DNA of 64,000 bases from Minisyncoccota bacterium. GTDB taxonomy: Bacteria; Patescibacteriota; Minisyncoccia; UBA6257; GWB1-50-10. Below the pieces are notes generated by a model. It was not told the DNA's origin, did not search any database, and saw nothing but the letters and a program-made list of their open reading frames with translations. Positions 36,185-46,429 of the stretch are shown piece by piece; the stretch's first letter is position 1, and each line of letters opens with the position of its first letter. The stretch lies in NCBI GenBank assembly GCA_041665265.1, contig JBAYJE010000004.1, positions 507 to 64,506 of the forward strand. The letters run 5' to 3'. The position numbers and the translations under genes are program-made.

Positions 36185-37229
36185 AGCGTAATTGTTCCTC
36201 CATGCGACCACAATATTCTTGAGGAGTCATAGAAATAGGAATACGAACACGATAAAGCTTTAGACGAGAAAATGCCTCAAAAAGTATTTCCTTCTGCTTC
36301 AACTGAAACTCAACCAAATTGAACTCCCCAAAAGCAGCGAGCGCCGAACAATAATACATCCCTTCCCCAAATTCTAAATTAAGAATTCCAATGATTTTAT
36401 TTACTAAAACATCGATGCTCATCGAGTCAATAATCATTTCTTCGCCACTATACCTCTCAAGAAAAATGCTTGCGGCTAGATTTGTCTTCTTCCCAATTTT
36501 TTCATCTGATATTAATTCACGCACGGGAACCTTTGCATATGAAGCGCTCCATCCCTTCAGAAGGGGGTGTCCTAATCCGAATGCTTTTTTTGCAAGAAAA
36601 TTAATTGCTTGTTTTGTTTTATAAAATAAGCCGAACAAGGTCCTCTTCCGAAGATACGCCCCGCCCGCTAATTTCTTAAGCTCGGGGAAAAGAGGTATAT
36701 GATATGGATAAATAGAGAAATCACTTGGGTACGAATACATCTCCCCGAGTGCGCTCACAATAACATAATCGTCACCAAAAAACTTAAAATCCTCTTTTCC
36801 ACGAAGTGCCGACATTAATATTGTTTTCCCAACACCGCCCAATGCGGGAAAAATGATACCCTTACCTCCAATTTCAATACCAGCACTATGAACAAAACTA
36901 AGCCCTTTTTTAAGCAATATTGTTTGAATTAGAAGGTTTGTTGCTTGATTCGCATATTCGGTATATTCACATACTTTATTGTAATCAAAAGAAATGGCGT
37001 ACTTCTTCTCTGGAAAACAAATGCCATTCTTAATTTTTACAAATTCTCCCACGCGTGAAACGAGGTTCTGCGCTGAAAGCTTCTTAAAGTCAGCAACCTC
37101 ATATTCGCTATCCCTCTCTTCGGGAGAAAAAAAATGCCGGATATAGTGATCATACCCATTCAAAATGTCTGCTGAGTCAGAAGATATTTTTATACTGAGA
37201 AAATTATGAATATTATAATGCTTTTCCAT
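36165..37229 (-). CDS. HPr-kinase-related P-loop protein (HprK C-terminal-like)
   Basis: HSAGIEIGGKGIIFPALGGVGKTIL aligns with the HprK pattern LHGvlvdvyGvGvLItGeSGiGKSE (Walker A GGVGKT). Confidence 0.35.
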   Translation of the reverse strand: MEKHYNIHNFLSIKISSDSADILNGYDHYIRHFFSPEERDSEYEVADFKKLSAQNLVSRVGEFVKIKNGICFPEKKYAISFDYNKVCEYTEYANQATNLLIQTILLKKGLSFVHSAGIEIGGKGIIFPALGGVGKTILMSALRGKEDFKFFGDDYVIVSALGEMYSYPSDFSIYPYHIPLFPELKKLAGGAYLRKRTLFGLFYKTKQAINFLAKKAFGLGHPLLKGWSASYAKVPVRELISDEKIGKKTNLAASIFLERYSGEEMIIDSMSIDVLVNKIIGILNLEFGEGMYYCSALAAFGEFNLVEFQLKQKEILFEAFSRLKLYRVRIPISMTPQEYCGRMEEQLRYVIKES

Positions 37230-37293
37230 ACAGTCCTAATATATCACTATTTAAAACAAAATGAAGGGATTGCCCCTCATGTGTATGCTACCG

Positions 37294-38343
37294 TCAGCGA
37301 ATGGTCCTCTTTATGGCTTGATACACATCCTCACAAAATTTTTCAGTAGTAAAAGGTCGATACTGTTCTGAATTTATATACTTCCAACCGCGTTCGCGCA
37401 TAGCCACGTACTCGCTCGTGTTCACAAAATTTTGCAAATGATGAACTAGCTCATCAAGATTTTTAAAATTATTATAATTAATATATGTGTCACGTGGAAT
37501 ATATTCATCAACATTAGGGGGTGGTAAATATATAGGTATTGTTCCAGTCGCCATAGCCATGAATGGATCATACTCAAAATCACCGGCAGGGATTGAATTC
37601 TGAATGCAAAATGCAAACCAATATTCTGAGAATGTCTCCCATTTATCAGAGGAGATTCCTTTGTAAAGAGTTGAATAAAATGGATTGGAATTTCCCAGTC
37701 CTTTAACATCTTTTGTGTTCCATCCAGGTCCATAGAGATCTAGAAGGCTGTCTCCGCGCGTTTCAAAATATTTAATAATTTTTCTTCTTAAAGAATATAA
37801 TTCTCCTGGCACCGGTGAGGTTTTGTTTGATTGCATAAGCACACAAAGATTTCGCTTTTGGTTGCCAAGAAAATGGGCATGGCGACTTCCCTCAAATGGA
37901 ACGGGAACCTTAAATTCAACAAATTGCTTTGGATGTTTCTTTGCTAAATCACTCGACCAAGAAAGAAATGTTCGGTGAAGCCATCGGTAAAGAAAGAGAT
38001 ACTTCCACGCCCAAGGATTTACAACTCTAGGTTCTAATATAAAAAAAATTACTTTTTTAGGATTAATGAGGTTCTTTAAAATAAAAAGATACCTTCGAAT
38101 TCCCGGTTCGAACATAATCCATATATCTGCTTCCTTACGAGGGTTTTTATATATATCGAAGGTATTAATATCGATATTTTTTTCAAAAAGAAATTGTTTA
38201 AGTGCGGCGTAGCGATTCATTACAGGAAGCCCACCCAATTCCTTACTTACCTGGGACCCCTCATCAAACATTTGATTCTTCATCATGTTTGAATATCCAG
38301 GCTCCACCGCTACTCTTATAAAAGGTTTTTTATTTTTGGACAT
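37294..38343 (-). CDS. GT10-like (alpha-1,3-fucosyltransferase-like) glycosyltransferase
   Basis: YWFAFCIQNSIPAGDFEYDPFMAMATGTIPIY resembles the FucT motif YxFxLxFENSxxxxYxTEK...G.VPVV; by recall only. Confidence 0.35.
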   Translation of the reverse strand: MSKNKKPFIRVAVEPGYSNMMKNQMFDEGSQVSKELGGLPVMNRYAALKQFLFEKNIDINTFDIYKNPRKEADIWIMFEPGIRRYLFILKNLINPKKVIFFILEPRVVNPWAWKYLFLYRWLHRTFLSWSSDLAKKHPKQFVEFKVPVPFEGSRHAHFLGNQKRNLCVLMQSNKTSPVPGELYSLRRKIIKYFETRGDSLLDLYGPGWNTKDVKGLGNSNPFYSTLYKGISSDKWETFSEYWFAFCIQNSIPAGDFEYDPFMAMATGTIPIYLPPPNVDEYIPRDTYINYNNFKNLDELVHHLQNFVNTSEYVAMRERGWKYINSEQYRPFTTEKFCEDVYQAIKRTIR

Positions 38344-39430
38344 TTACAAAAAAACTTTTTATTTGGTCGCATATAAAATCAATTTCCTCATCAGTGAGCT
38401 TGCTTGCCGAAGGAAGCCACAATCCTTCTTGTGCAACTTCTTCAGCAATTGGATAACTTTTCTTGATGCCATACACGGGCTCTGCGTGAAGTGCGGGATA
38501 AAAAGTTCGGGTACCCACCCCTCTCTGTTTTAAGTATTCTGCCAATAAGTCCCTTTTCCCTTCTTTTATAAGAAGATCGATAAACCATGGCGATGTATTT
38601 TTTGTGTTTGTGGATACAAAAGACACACCTTCAACATTTTTTAAATTCTCATAATAATGCTCATATATTTTTTTCTTTCGCTCAACACGCCAGGGAAGCT
38701 TCTTCATTTGCTCAATTCCAATAACCGCCTGGATATCAGTAAACTTAAAATTCCACCCCATAGTTAAATAGTGATCTGATCCTGGTTTATCACGACCAAA
38801 ATCCCGCATTTTCCTTATGCGGTCAATGAGGGCATCGCTATTAGTAATAAGTGCGCCACCCTGACCTGTGGTAATGACTTTGGGTGCGCTAAACGAAAAA
38901 CTTCCTACGTCTCCGAATGTTCCCAGATGCTTTCCGTTCTTAAATGAACCGAGTGATTGTGCCGCATCTTCGACTACTTTAATATTTCTTTCCTTACACC
39001 AAGAAACGAATTCTTCGATATTTTCTGGATACCGCCCATTTATTGTGACGAGGATGACTGCTTTTGTTTTTGGTGTGACACTCTTCTTCATCTGCTCAAA
39101 ATCCATACACAAATCATTTTTAGTAATATCTACAAAAACAACCTTCGCGCCAGTAAGTGCTACTGAGTTTGCACTCGCAACCATTGTATAATCTGGCACT
39201 AATACCTCGTCCCCTGGCCCCACATCGCACGCAAAAAGCGCGAGAACGAGACTCACGGTGCCGTTTGCAACTACGGAGCAATATTTTGCCCCCGCATATT
39301 CTGCAATCATCTTCTCAAACTCTCTTGTTTTTTGAAACTCAGTAACCCAACCACCACCTCTCATATACACATTAAGTGCTTCGGTTTCCTGCTCATCAAA
39401 CCACGGTTCCATCTGCAAAATAGAGCGCAT
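38330..39430 (-). CDS. DegT/DnrJ/EryC1/StrS-family PLP-dependent sugar aminotransferase
   Basis: VANGTVSLVLAL..GDEVLVP...SFSAPKVITTGQGGALITN (PLP-Lys region). Confidence 0.8.
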   Translation of the reverse strand: MRSILQMEPWFDEQETEALNVYMRGGGWVTEFQKTREFEKMIAEYAGAKYCSVVANGTVSLVLALFACDVGPGDEVLVPDYTMVASANSVALTGAKVVFVDITKNDLCMDFEQMKKSVTPKTKAVILVTINGRYPENIEEFVSWCKERNIKVVEDAAQSLGSFKNGKHLGTFGDVGSFSFSAPKVITTGQGGALITNSDALIDRIRKMRDFGRDKPGSDHYLTMGWNFKFTDIQAVIGIEQMKKLPWRVERKKKIYEHYYENLKNVEGVSFVSTNTKNTSPWFIDLLIKEGKRDLLAEYLKQRGVGTRTFYPALHAEPVYGIKKSYPIAEEVAQEGLWLPSASKLTDEEIDFICDQIKSFFVNVQK

Positions 39431-39434
39431 GCGA

Positions 39435-40022
39435 TTATTTTTTTACAGCTTCCACATTTAAGCTGATCAATATCCCCTTTTTTTCATCCATATGAGGAAC
39501 GTATGCCCTTGAATAGTCATCATGGTCTTTATGAATTCGATTCTTCCAATTATATTTTTTCACTTTTGTAAATCCGTTTTCTTCCAAAAGTTTCTTTAAA
39601 CTTTTAAAATCGTATGTTGTTTTGTGATACACAATTTTCGTCGTACCAGGAATTTGCCACCGACCAAAAAGTGGACCCAAAATCCCTTGATGGTCGAGGT
39701 TCTTTCCATATTTTATATACACTCTTACCATTGCCTCAAAATCAGGAACCGCTAATCGAAGTATTCCATTCCTTTTTAATGTTCTTCTCCATTCCTTTAG
39801 AACATTTATTGCCTCGAGGCGATCAAAATACTCGAATGAATGAGAACTATAAATTAGGTCAACGGATCCAGTTTTAAAAATAGAAAGATTATCAATTGGG
39901 CGACGATAATGAATATGAGAAAATCGAGCAAGATCAACGTTAATAAATCCAGGAATGTCTCTTTTCCCACATCCGAGATGTAATTGTAGTGGTGCCTTAG
40001 TTTTGTTCATGATGTTCATCAA
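39435..40022 (-). CDS. class I SAM-dependent methyltransferase
   Basis: LHLGCGKRDIPGFINVD motif I; Methyltransf_11/23-like. Confidence 0.6.
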   Translation of the reverse strand: MMNIMNKTKAPLQLHLGCGKRDIPGFINVDLARFSHIHYRRPIDNLSIFKTGSVDLIYSSHSFEYFDRLEAINVLKEWRRTLKRNGILRLAVPDFEAMVRVYIKYGKNLDHQGILGPLFGRWQIPGTTKIVYHKTTYDFKSLKKLLEENGFTKVKKYNWKNRIHKDHDDYSRAYVPHMDEKKGILISLNVEAVKK

Positions 40023-40830
40023 GAGGGTGAGGAATTGTTACTTGCTCCCCTACTACACATGTATTTCTTACCACCTCTGCATCTTCTTCATTTCGACAAA
40101 ATATTGCATTCGAAGGATTGGTACAACATTCAACATATCCAAGCTCCTTCATAATTCTCTCAACTGGCTCTCGTTTTATAGAAATTTCTGCAATGATCAC
40201 GCGTGGCATGTATTTTTTTACATCGAAACCCCCAAATACATCTTCTTCGGTCCCTTCTGTGTCGAGAGAAAGTAAATCAATTGATATTGGAACATGATGC
40301 TTTTCAAATACTGAATTGAGCGTTACTTGAGGAACTTGTATTGTCTTAAATCCACCAAAAAAGGATCCGTAATGGGCTCTAAAAAAACCTTCGAGGCTTT
40401 TATCCAATGTCGACATTGACCCTCGATAATTTGTATAAAAATCCACCGCGTCTTTGTCTGTTCCTCCCGCCGCAGCGCGTATTAAAATTGAGCCAGGACG
40501 GTTGTGCTGCAATAAAGAAAAATAGTCTGGATGAGGCTCTATGCAAATACCCTTCCACCCCATGCGCTCAAATAAATATGTGTTACTAAAACGAATTCCC
40601 TCCATTGCACCAACCTCGACGAAGTACCCATCTTTTTTTCCACTAAAAAGGTTCTTTAGCTTCGCATCCTCTCCATATTGCCCATAAAACCTATGGCTTT
40701 TCATCCAAGAAGAGGGGTAAGAATACGCGCTATTTGCATCTACTAAAAGCGGCCTATCCACACCCAACATTCTCCGCGTCGCACATTTCACAGATTCAGG
40801 TACAATTTTTTTTACAAAGTTTTTGAGCAT
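39997..40830 (-). CDS. FkbM-family methyltransferase
   Basis: YFVEVGAMEGIRFSNTYLFERMGWKGICIEPHPDYFSLL typical of FkbM. Confidence 0.65.
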   Translation of the reverse strand: MLKNFVKKIVPESVKCATRRMLGVDRPLLVDANSAYSYPSSWMKSHRFYGQYGEDAKLKNLFSGKKDGYFVEVGAMEGIRFSNTYLFERMGWKGICIEPHPDYFSLLQHNRPGSILIRAAAGGTDKDAVDFYTNYRGSMSTLDKSLEGFFRAHYGSFFGGFKTIQVPQVTLNSVFEKHHVPISIDLLSLDTEGTEEDVFGGFDVKKYMPRVIIAEISIKREPVERIMKELGYVECCTNPSNAIFCRNEEDAEVVRNTCVVGEQVTIPHPLDEHHEQN

Positions 40831-40844
40831 AATAGATAATTACG

Positions 40845-41234
40845 TTATTTATCAAATACTATCTTATCTTCTATAAATGGACCGTTTTTAAACTCCATCA
40901 TTTCAGCATCCTCAAGTATTTCAATCCCAATACCTCCATCAACAATAAGAATTCCTTGTCCTTTTCCTAACTCGATTTTTTCAACAAAAGAGCCCTCACG
41001 AGTATAAGCAGTAATCGCAACACGACCAGAAAAAACAATGAGTGCCTCCACAAGGGTTTTTGTTGTCCTCTCTTTGGGAGAATGGGAATGGGAAACTAGT
41101 TTTTTTCCTTTTGGATGCTTAAGTGCAATAACCTGAAGTGCTAGTTGTTCATCAGTAAGTGGTCGTGTCCCATCTTCAAATACACCATCAAAAACCATTG
41201 CGACAAGCAATTCACCGCTTTTAATCATTTTCAT
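40845..41234 (-). CDS. cupin-fold sugar nucleotide 3,4-ketoisomerase-like protein (FdtA/WxcM-like)
   Basis: 129 aa, His pair in VSHSHSP as in the FdtA metal site; sits between the methyltransferase and gmd. Confidence 0.4.
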   Translation of the reverse strand: MKMIKSGELLVAMVFDGVFEDGTRPLTDEQLALQVIALKHPKGKKLVSHSHSPKERTTKTLVEALIVFSGRVAITAYTREGSFVEKIELGKGQGILIVDGGIGIEILEDAEMMEFKNGPFIEDKIVFDK

Positions 41235-42211
41235 ATTGAAATGTATGTGTCTTTTTTACTTTCGATATCATTTTTTAACATTTCTCTTAACACTCCTTTC
41301 CAGTCATATTCCGGGCTCCATCCCAATGCGCGAATCTTACTTGCGTCTCCCTGAAGATACGGGACCTCATTCGGACGAAAATATTTTTTATCTATCTCTA
41401 CATACTTCTGCCACTCAAGGCCGACCTCATGAAAACAGAATTCAAGTGCCTCCTTAATACTATGAGCCTCTCCTGTAGCAACCACGAAATCGCCTGGCTT
41501 TTCCTGTTGCATCATAAGATAAATTGCTCTCATGTAATCTTTTGAATGTCCCCAGTCACGAATCGCATCAAGATTTCCAAATGGTATTTTTTTAATTTCC
41601 CCGCGTAGTAATGCTGCTATACTTCTTGTAATCTTTCGTGTTACAAATGTTTCCCCTCTTCGTGGACTTTCGTGATTAAAAAGAATCCCATTTACCGCAA
41701 ACAAGCCATATCCTTCGCGATAAATTCTCGTGAGGTGGAATGCTCCCAACTTTGAAACACCATAAGGACTTTGTGGTCTAAACTCTGAATTCTCATTAAA
41801 CGGGGGTGGGGTACGCGGAGCTCCAAACATCTCAGAACTTGAGGCTTGATAATATTTCGTCTGTGGAGCGTGTACTCGAAGATACTCCAAAATACTTACA
41901 GGGCCAAGAGTGTTTGCAGCAAGCGTGAAATAGGGAACATCGAACGAAACCCGCACTTGACTCATTGCACCAAGATTGTAAATCTCGTCAGGTTTAAATT
42001 CTTGAATAAGATTATGCATCGAAACGGGGTCGGTAAGATCTCCATATTTCGTATCAAAATTTTCGTTCTTATACAAAGAATCAATTCGTGAAGTATTAAA
42101 ATTACTTGACCTTCGTTGTACGCCACAGACACGATATCCCTTTTCAAGAAGTAGCTCAGAAAGATAGCTTCCGTCTTGACCTGTCACTCCAGTAATCAGT
42201 GCCTTTTTCAT
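41231..42211 (-). CDS. gmd: GDP-mannose 4,6-dehydratase
   Basis: KKALITGVTGQDGSYLSELLLEKGYRVCGVQRRSSNFNTSRIDSLY is the classic Gmd N-terminus; ORF extends to 42247. Confidence 0.85.
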   Translation of the reverse strand: MKKALITGVTGQDGSYLSELLLEKGYRVCGVQRRSSNFNTSRIDSLYKNENFDTKYGDLTDPVSMHNLIQEFKPDEIYNLGAMSQVRVSFDVPYFTLAANTLGPVSILEYLRVHAPQTKYYQASSSEMFGAPRTPPPFNENSEFRPQSPYGVSKLGAFHLTRIYREGYGLFAVNGILFNHESPRRGETFVTRKITRSIAALLRGEIKKIPFGNLDAIRDWGHSKDYMRAIYLMMQQEKPGDFVVATGEAHSIKEALEFCFHEVGLEWQKYVEIDKKYFRPNEVPYLQGDASKIRALGWSPEYDWKGVLREMLKNDIESKKDTYISI

Positions 42212-42252
42212 GTTTTTAATAATAATCTCAAAAAAATACAAGGTCAAACAAA

Positions 42253-43005
42253 CTAAGAATATTTTTTTGCAATTAATTCATCAGAATTCTCTACCAGAGC
42301 GCCGGAGAACATAGGCACTACCTCATACCCAAGTTCCTCCAATAAAGTGACGCATTTCTGTCTTGATGTTTTTCCATGAATTGCGAGCAATATTGTGGGA
42401 TAAAATTCCTTTAAAATCTTATATGCGCCACGCAAGACTTCAAACTCTGCCCCCTCCACATCTATCTTTATAACATTAGGGGGTGCTATTTTCTTTTCTT
42501 CTAAAAGATGGTCGAGGGTGACAATGCGAACACTAAGAGATCCCCCCGAAGGAGAAAGCATTCCCGTAAAGGTACTTTCCCCTTCTTTAAATAAGGAGAA
42601 TCCTTCGGTGTCTCCTACTGCGGCCTCTATAACTGTCACGTTTTTGCACCCATTCAGTAAGGTGTGTTTCCGCAAGTAATTAGCATTTAAAGGAAATGGT
42701 TCAAATGAATACACCAATCCGTCTCTCCCGGAAAGAAAAGATGCAAGAAGTGTATAAAACCCAACATGAGCTCCTATGTCATACACCACACTCCCTCTTT
42801 TTATCGCTTCAACGAACTTAGTCTGCAGAGGTAATTCATAAGATCCTAACCAATATCCATTCACTCCCGATCCTTTTATCCATTTTTTTCCGAATAAGGG
42901 CCCTCTTAATATTCTCATCACACAGCCCGGAGGAATTATCATCAACAATGACCTTAGAAGCCTTCCAAGGAAACTTTTTGTGGAAATATTTGAAAAATTA
43001 ACCAT
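42253..43005 (-). CDS. FkbM-family methyltransferase
   Basis: VYDIGAHVGFYTLLAS...FEPFPLNANYL. Confidence 0.65.
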   Translation of the reverse strand: MVNFSNISTKSFLGRLLRSLLMIIPPGCVMRILRGPLFGKKWIKGSGVNGYWLGSYELPLQTKFVEAIKRGSVVYDIGAHVGFYTLLASFLSGRDGLVYSFEPFPLNANYLRKHTLLNGCKNVTVIEAAVGDTEGFSLFKEGESTFTGMLSPSGGSLSVRIVTLDHLLEEKKIAPPNVIKIDVEGAEFEVLRGAYKILKEFYPTILLAIHGKTSRQKCVTLLEELGYEVVPMFSGALVENSDELIAKKYS

Positions 43006-44197
43006 GTTTTATTGAAGAAACCGCTTTAATAATGCCCTCAATGTCTTTTTCTTGACTATATCCTTGAATAATTTGAAACGACCTTAAACCAAAGCGCTCC
43101 CGCACTTCTTGGTTTGATACAATTTTTAAAATTGCTCCCGCAAGATCGTCTATGTTATCAAGTTGAGTGATATATCCATTTTCTCCAATACGAACCAAAT
43201 CGGAGCCACATCCCACTACATCAGAAACAACAACAGGAAGAGAAAAACACATCGCTTCATTTACCACCATTCCCCATGTCTCACCAACCCCCGAAGGCAA
43301 AACAAAAACATCAGCCATACTCATATATTGATACACCTTATCTTTTGTTTGGAAGCCAGCAAAATGAACTTTCTCTAAGTGAGCTCCCTTCGCATACAAC
43401 TCGAGACTACTTCGTAATGCCCCATCCCCCACAAACGCAAGCGTTGGAATTTGAGTGAATACATTGCCCTTCACTATTTTTTCATATGCTTTAAGAAGAT
43501 TGAGAGGTCTCTTTTTCTCTATAAGTTTTCCCACGAATAAAATGAGTGGGGCCTTTGAATCTATCCCACACTGCTCACGCAATTCATTTTTTCTAGACTG
43601 GAAAACATGCGCTTTTTCAATACACAACTCGTTATTTGTAGCATACGGTGCAAAAAAAAGTTTGCGGGGAGGGACCCCAAAAAATTCATAAAATTTTTTA
43701 TTTTCGTTTCCTATATATAAAAATCCAGTTGCTATCTTAAAAAGATTTTTAAGTATGAAACGTTTTATGTTTTTAAGCGCTCCTCTTTTTATTATTTCTT
43801 GATGTAGTGGGTTTTCCCCCCAAATAAATATCGGGGTGCGCATAAAAAAGCACACCAGAAAGGCAAACCAGAAAGTAGGTACATTCCACCCATATACCAA
43901 AACTGCATCATACTTATTCTTCAAAAGCTCTGTAATAATTCCAACATTCACCCACATATCATTCTTCTCGGAAATCTTCTGCGGAAGAAGATTTTTTAAA
44001 AAAATGTGCGGATATCCATCAAGAACCCCTTCTCCCCAATTAACTTGCGTGTTAAATTCGCTATCATAATCAAACTTTCCCACCCCGATGTCAGTACAAT
44101 AATATACAGTAGATTCTAAAAAAGAGTTGTGTGCAATTTTTTTGAAAAGAGGGGCATTTGTAGGACCTGCGCGAGCTATCAAAATGGCAATTTTCAT
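42998..44197 (-). CDS. glycosyltransferase family 4
   Basis: ...GETWGMVVNEAMCFSLPVVVSDVVGCGSDLV. Confidence 0.75.
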   Translation of the reverse strand: MKIAILIARAGPTNAPLFKKIAHNSFLESTVYYCTDIGVGKFDYDSEFNTQVNWGEGVLDGYPHIFLKNLLPQKISEKNDMWVNVGIITELLKNKYDAVLVYGWNVPTFWFAFLVCFFMRTPIFIWGENPLHQEIIKRGALKNIKRFILKNLFKIATGFLYIGNENKKFYEFFGVPPRKLFFAPYATNNELCIEKAHVFQSRKNELREQCGIDSKAPLILFVGKLIEKKRPLNLLKAYEKIVKGNVFTQIPTLAFVGDGALRSSLELYAKGAHLEKVHFAGFQTKDKVYQYMSMADVFVLPSGVGETWGMVVNEAMCFSLPVVVSDVVGCGSDLVRIGENGYITQLDNIDDLAGAILKIVSNQEVRERFGLRSFQIIQGYSQEKDIEGIIKAVSSIKHG

Positions 44198-44457
44198 AAT
44201 AGTAAATCTAAATTTCTGAAGTCGACGCCTGTAAAAACTTTACCTTGCGAACTCACACACATTCAAGTATATTTTTTTGTTCCTTCAATGCGTATAAGAA
44301 AAACAGCAAAAGAATCTCACTAACAAGACATCGAATTCTTCCCAAAAGGGGGGTGTTCCGCGAGATGAGACCTAAAAAATCCCGCGCCACCATTAATAAT
44401 TATTTTTCTCTTCATACTCCTCCTATAATAGGCTTTATCTAATCATCTTGAATGACT

Positions 44458-45021
44458 CTATTTTTGAAGTAAACTCTTAACCTTCTCATCGTTTGGCCAA
44501 TATTTAAGGATTTCTTCGCTTATTTTCTGAATATTCTCCTCATCTCCCTTTGCAGAATACAATCCAAGAAAACCGTATAAAACTGGTGGAAGTTGTGGGC
44601 CAATTCTTTTTGCTTTCTTTAAATAATTTTCGGCTATTACAAAATCTTCGCTATGTCCAAACTTTTGCCAAAGAATAGAATGTAGCCTGCTCCCATTCAA
44701 TAAATGAATTACGCTGTTTGCAAAAAGATGAGGTTCGAGGTAATCAACAAGCGCCCTCGACGCCTCCTCGGACATATTCTCCTGAAAAATAATTTCTGAG
44801 ATGTCATTGCTTAAAAATTTTATAACCTCTTCATCTCCCACAGGCGAATTAAAAAAGACCGGTGTATCAAATATCGTTTTAAACTCTCCTACAGATCTCG
44901 CCGTTTGAACCTTACCCAACGCGCCAATATAGCTCGATGCTTTTACAAGTGGTTTATATGCTCCATAAATCAAACTTAATGTCGCCAAGATAATTCCAAT
45001 AACAATGATAATTGATCTCAT
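44458..45021 (-). CDS. hypothetical membrane-anchored protein
   Basis: 187 aa, N-terminal TM, helical soluble domain. Confidence 0.35.
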   Translation of the reverse strand: MRSIIIVIGIILATLSLIYGAYKPLVKASSYIGALGKVQTARSVGEFKTIFDTPVFFNSPVGDEEVIKFLSNDISEIIFQENMSEEASRALVDYLEPHLFANSVIHLLNGSRLHSILWQKFGHSEDFVIAENYLKKAKRIGPQLPPVLYGFLGLYSAKGDEENIQKISEEILKYWPNDEKVKSLLQK

Positions 45022-45025
45022 ATAA

Positions 45026-46384
45026 TTATTTATTTTTTGTTCGTGTTCCGTTATTTAATTCAGGCGACTGAAACTGATAAACACCAAACGCTAAGACAAG
45101 AAATACATTTAAATAAATTGGGGACACATCAAAAAGCACAATTCCCTGCACAAGATATGCAACAAGTATGGAAAAGATGAGTGTCTGCTCAAGAATAGAT
45201 TTTGAACTAAGCACCGAGTTGTTTTTTCGTTTTTTCCAAAATTGCATATAAAATACTACAAATATTCCTAGAAAACTAACAAGCCCAAGAGCGCCCGTCT
45301 CTACTAAATAATCAAAGTAAATGCTATGAGCCCTATCAAACCACGCACCAAACCCCTCACTTGGTTTAAAATAATTTAAATCCATGTGTCTCTCAAACAC
45401 CCGAATATAATTTTCAGGCCCCCAACCAAGCAAAGGACGGTCCTTAAAACCTTCGATGGCGGTATGCCACATATATGTGCGATGTTCAAATGTTTCCGCC
45501 GTAATAGAAATATCAAAAATACGAGAGCCGGGGAGAGACTTGATAAAAGGTGTGTCTTTTAATTTTATGAACGTTCCCACAATAAGCAGAAGAGCAATCA
45601 TAGCCCCAATCCCCCACTTTCTCAGTCGTTCTTTGGAAAAGACTATATATCCAATGCCTACAAGCAACGATGCGATAAGTCCCACAAATGCGCCTCGCGT
45701 TGCCGCCATATAAAACGTTATAAGAGAGATAGCCGATACCAAATAAAGCACAATAGCACCAAAAGAAGATAGTCTCGTGCGATATTTGCTTACCAAAATA
45801 TACCCCGCATAGAAAAGCATAAAGATGGCATATGCCGCCGCATATGCAGAATTTCCAATAGAACCCGAGAAACGATATCCGGGTTGCGAAAACTTACCAC
45901 CGATATATCCGCCAATCTCTGCATTTGCTAAATATCCGTACAAAATCATTAAAAGCCCACCAACAAGAGAAAATCCAAACAACTTTTGCCAATCTTTTTC
46001 TTCTTTAAAAAGAGTTGCGAGAAGTGTAAACCAAATCCAAAAATGAATGAGTTGAAGGCCTCCCTCACCACGTTCAAAATTTGACCAGAAGGACATCTTA
46101 GGGTCAACACCAAAAAATCCCGCCAAAAGAAAAATAAACACAAAGAGTGATACCGCGATTACTAAAGGTTGCTTTAAAACAAATTTAACTCTGTTCCACA
46201 TCAACGACTGATTATCGTAAAACAAGAGTCCAAGAAGGAACAAAATAAGAGCAATATCAACCGTAGAGCGAAACCATACATATTTTCCTACTATAAAAGG
46301 GAATAAGGTTGAGGTCGTTACGATAAAAATTCCTAATACAGGAAATAAGAGAAAAAACTTAGAAACCTTAAAATAATTAAACAT
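45026..46384 (-). CDS. O-antigen ligase/Wzy_C-family membrane protein (candidate polymerase or oligosaccharyltransferase)
   Basis: ~11 TM; conserved Wzy_C motif AHSIYFDYLVETGALGLVSF (H-N/S-x-Y-L-x3-E-x-G) in the large extracytoplasmic loop. Confidence 0.6.
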   Translation of the reverse strand: MFNYFKVSKFFLLFPVLGIFIVTTSTLFPFIVGKYVWFRSTVDIALILFLLGLLFYDNQSLMWNRVKFVLKQPLVIAVSLFVFIFLLAGFFGVDPKMSFWSNFERGEGGLQLIHFWIWFTLLATLFKEEKDWQKLFGFSLVGGLLMILYGYLANAEIGGYIGGKFSQPGYRFSGSIGNSAYAAAYAIFMLFYAGYILVSKYRTRLSSFGAIVLYLVSAISLITFYMAATRGAFVGLIASLLVGIGYIVFSKERLRKWGIGAMIALLLIVGTFIKLKDTPFIKSLPGSRIFDISITAETFEHRTYMWHTAIEGFKDRPLLGWGPENYIRVFERHMDLNYFKPSEGFGAWFDRAHSIYFDYLVETGALGLVSFLGIFVVFYMQFWKKRKNNSVLSSKSILEQTLIFSILVAYLVQGIVLFDVSPIYLNVFLVLAFGVYQFQSPELNNGTRTKNK

Positions 46385-46429
46385 GTAACGTTCAGTTTAC
46401 TGCACCATTTATTAAAACTCAATAGAATC

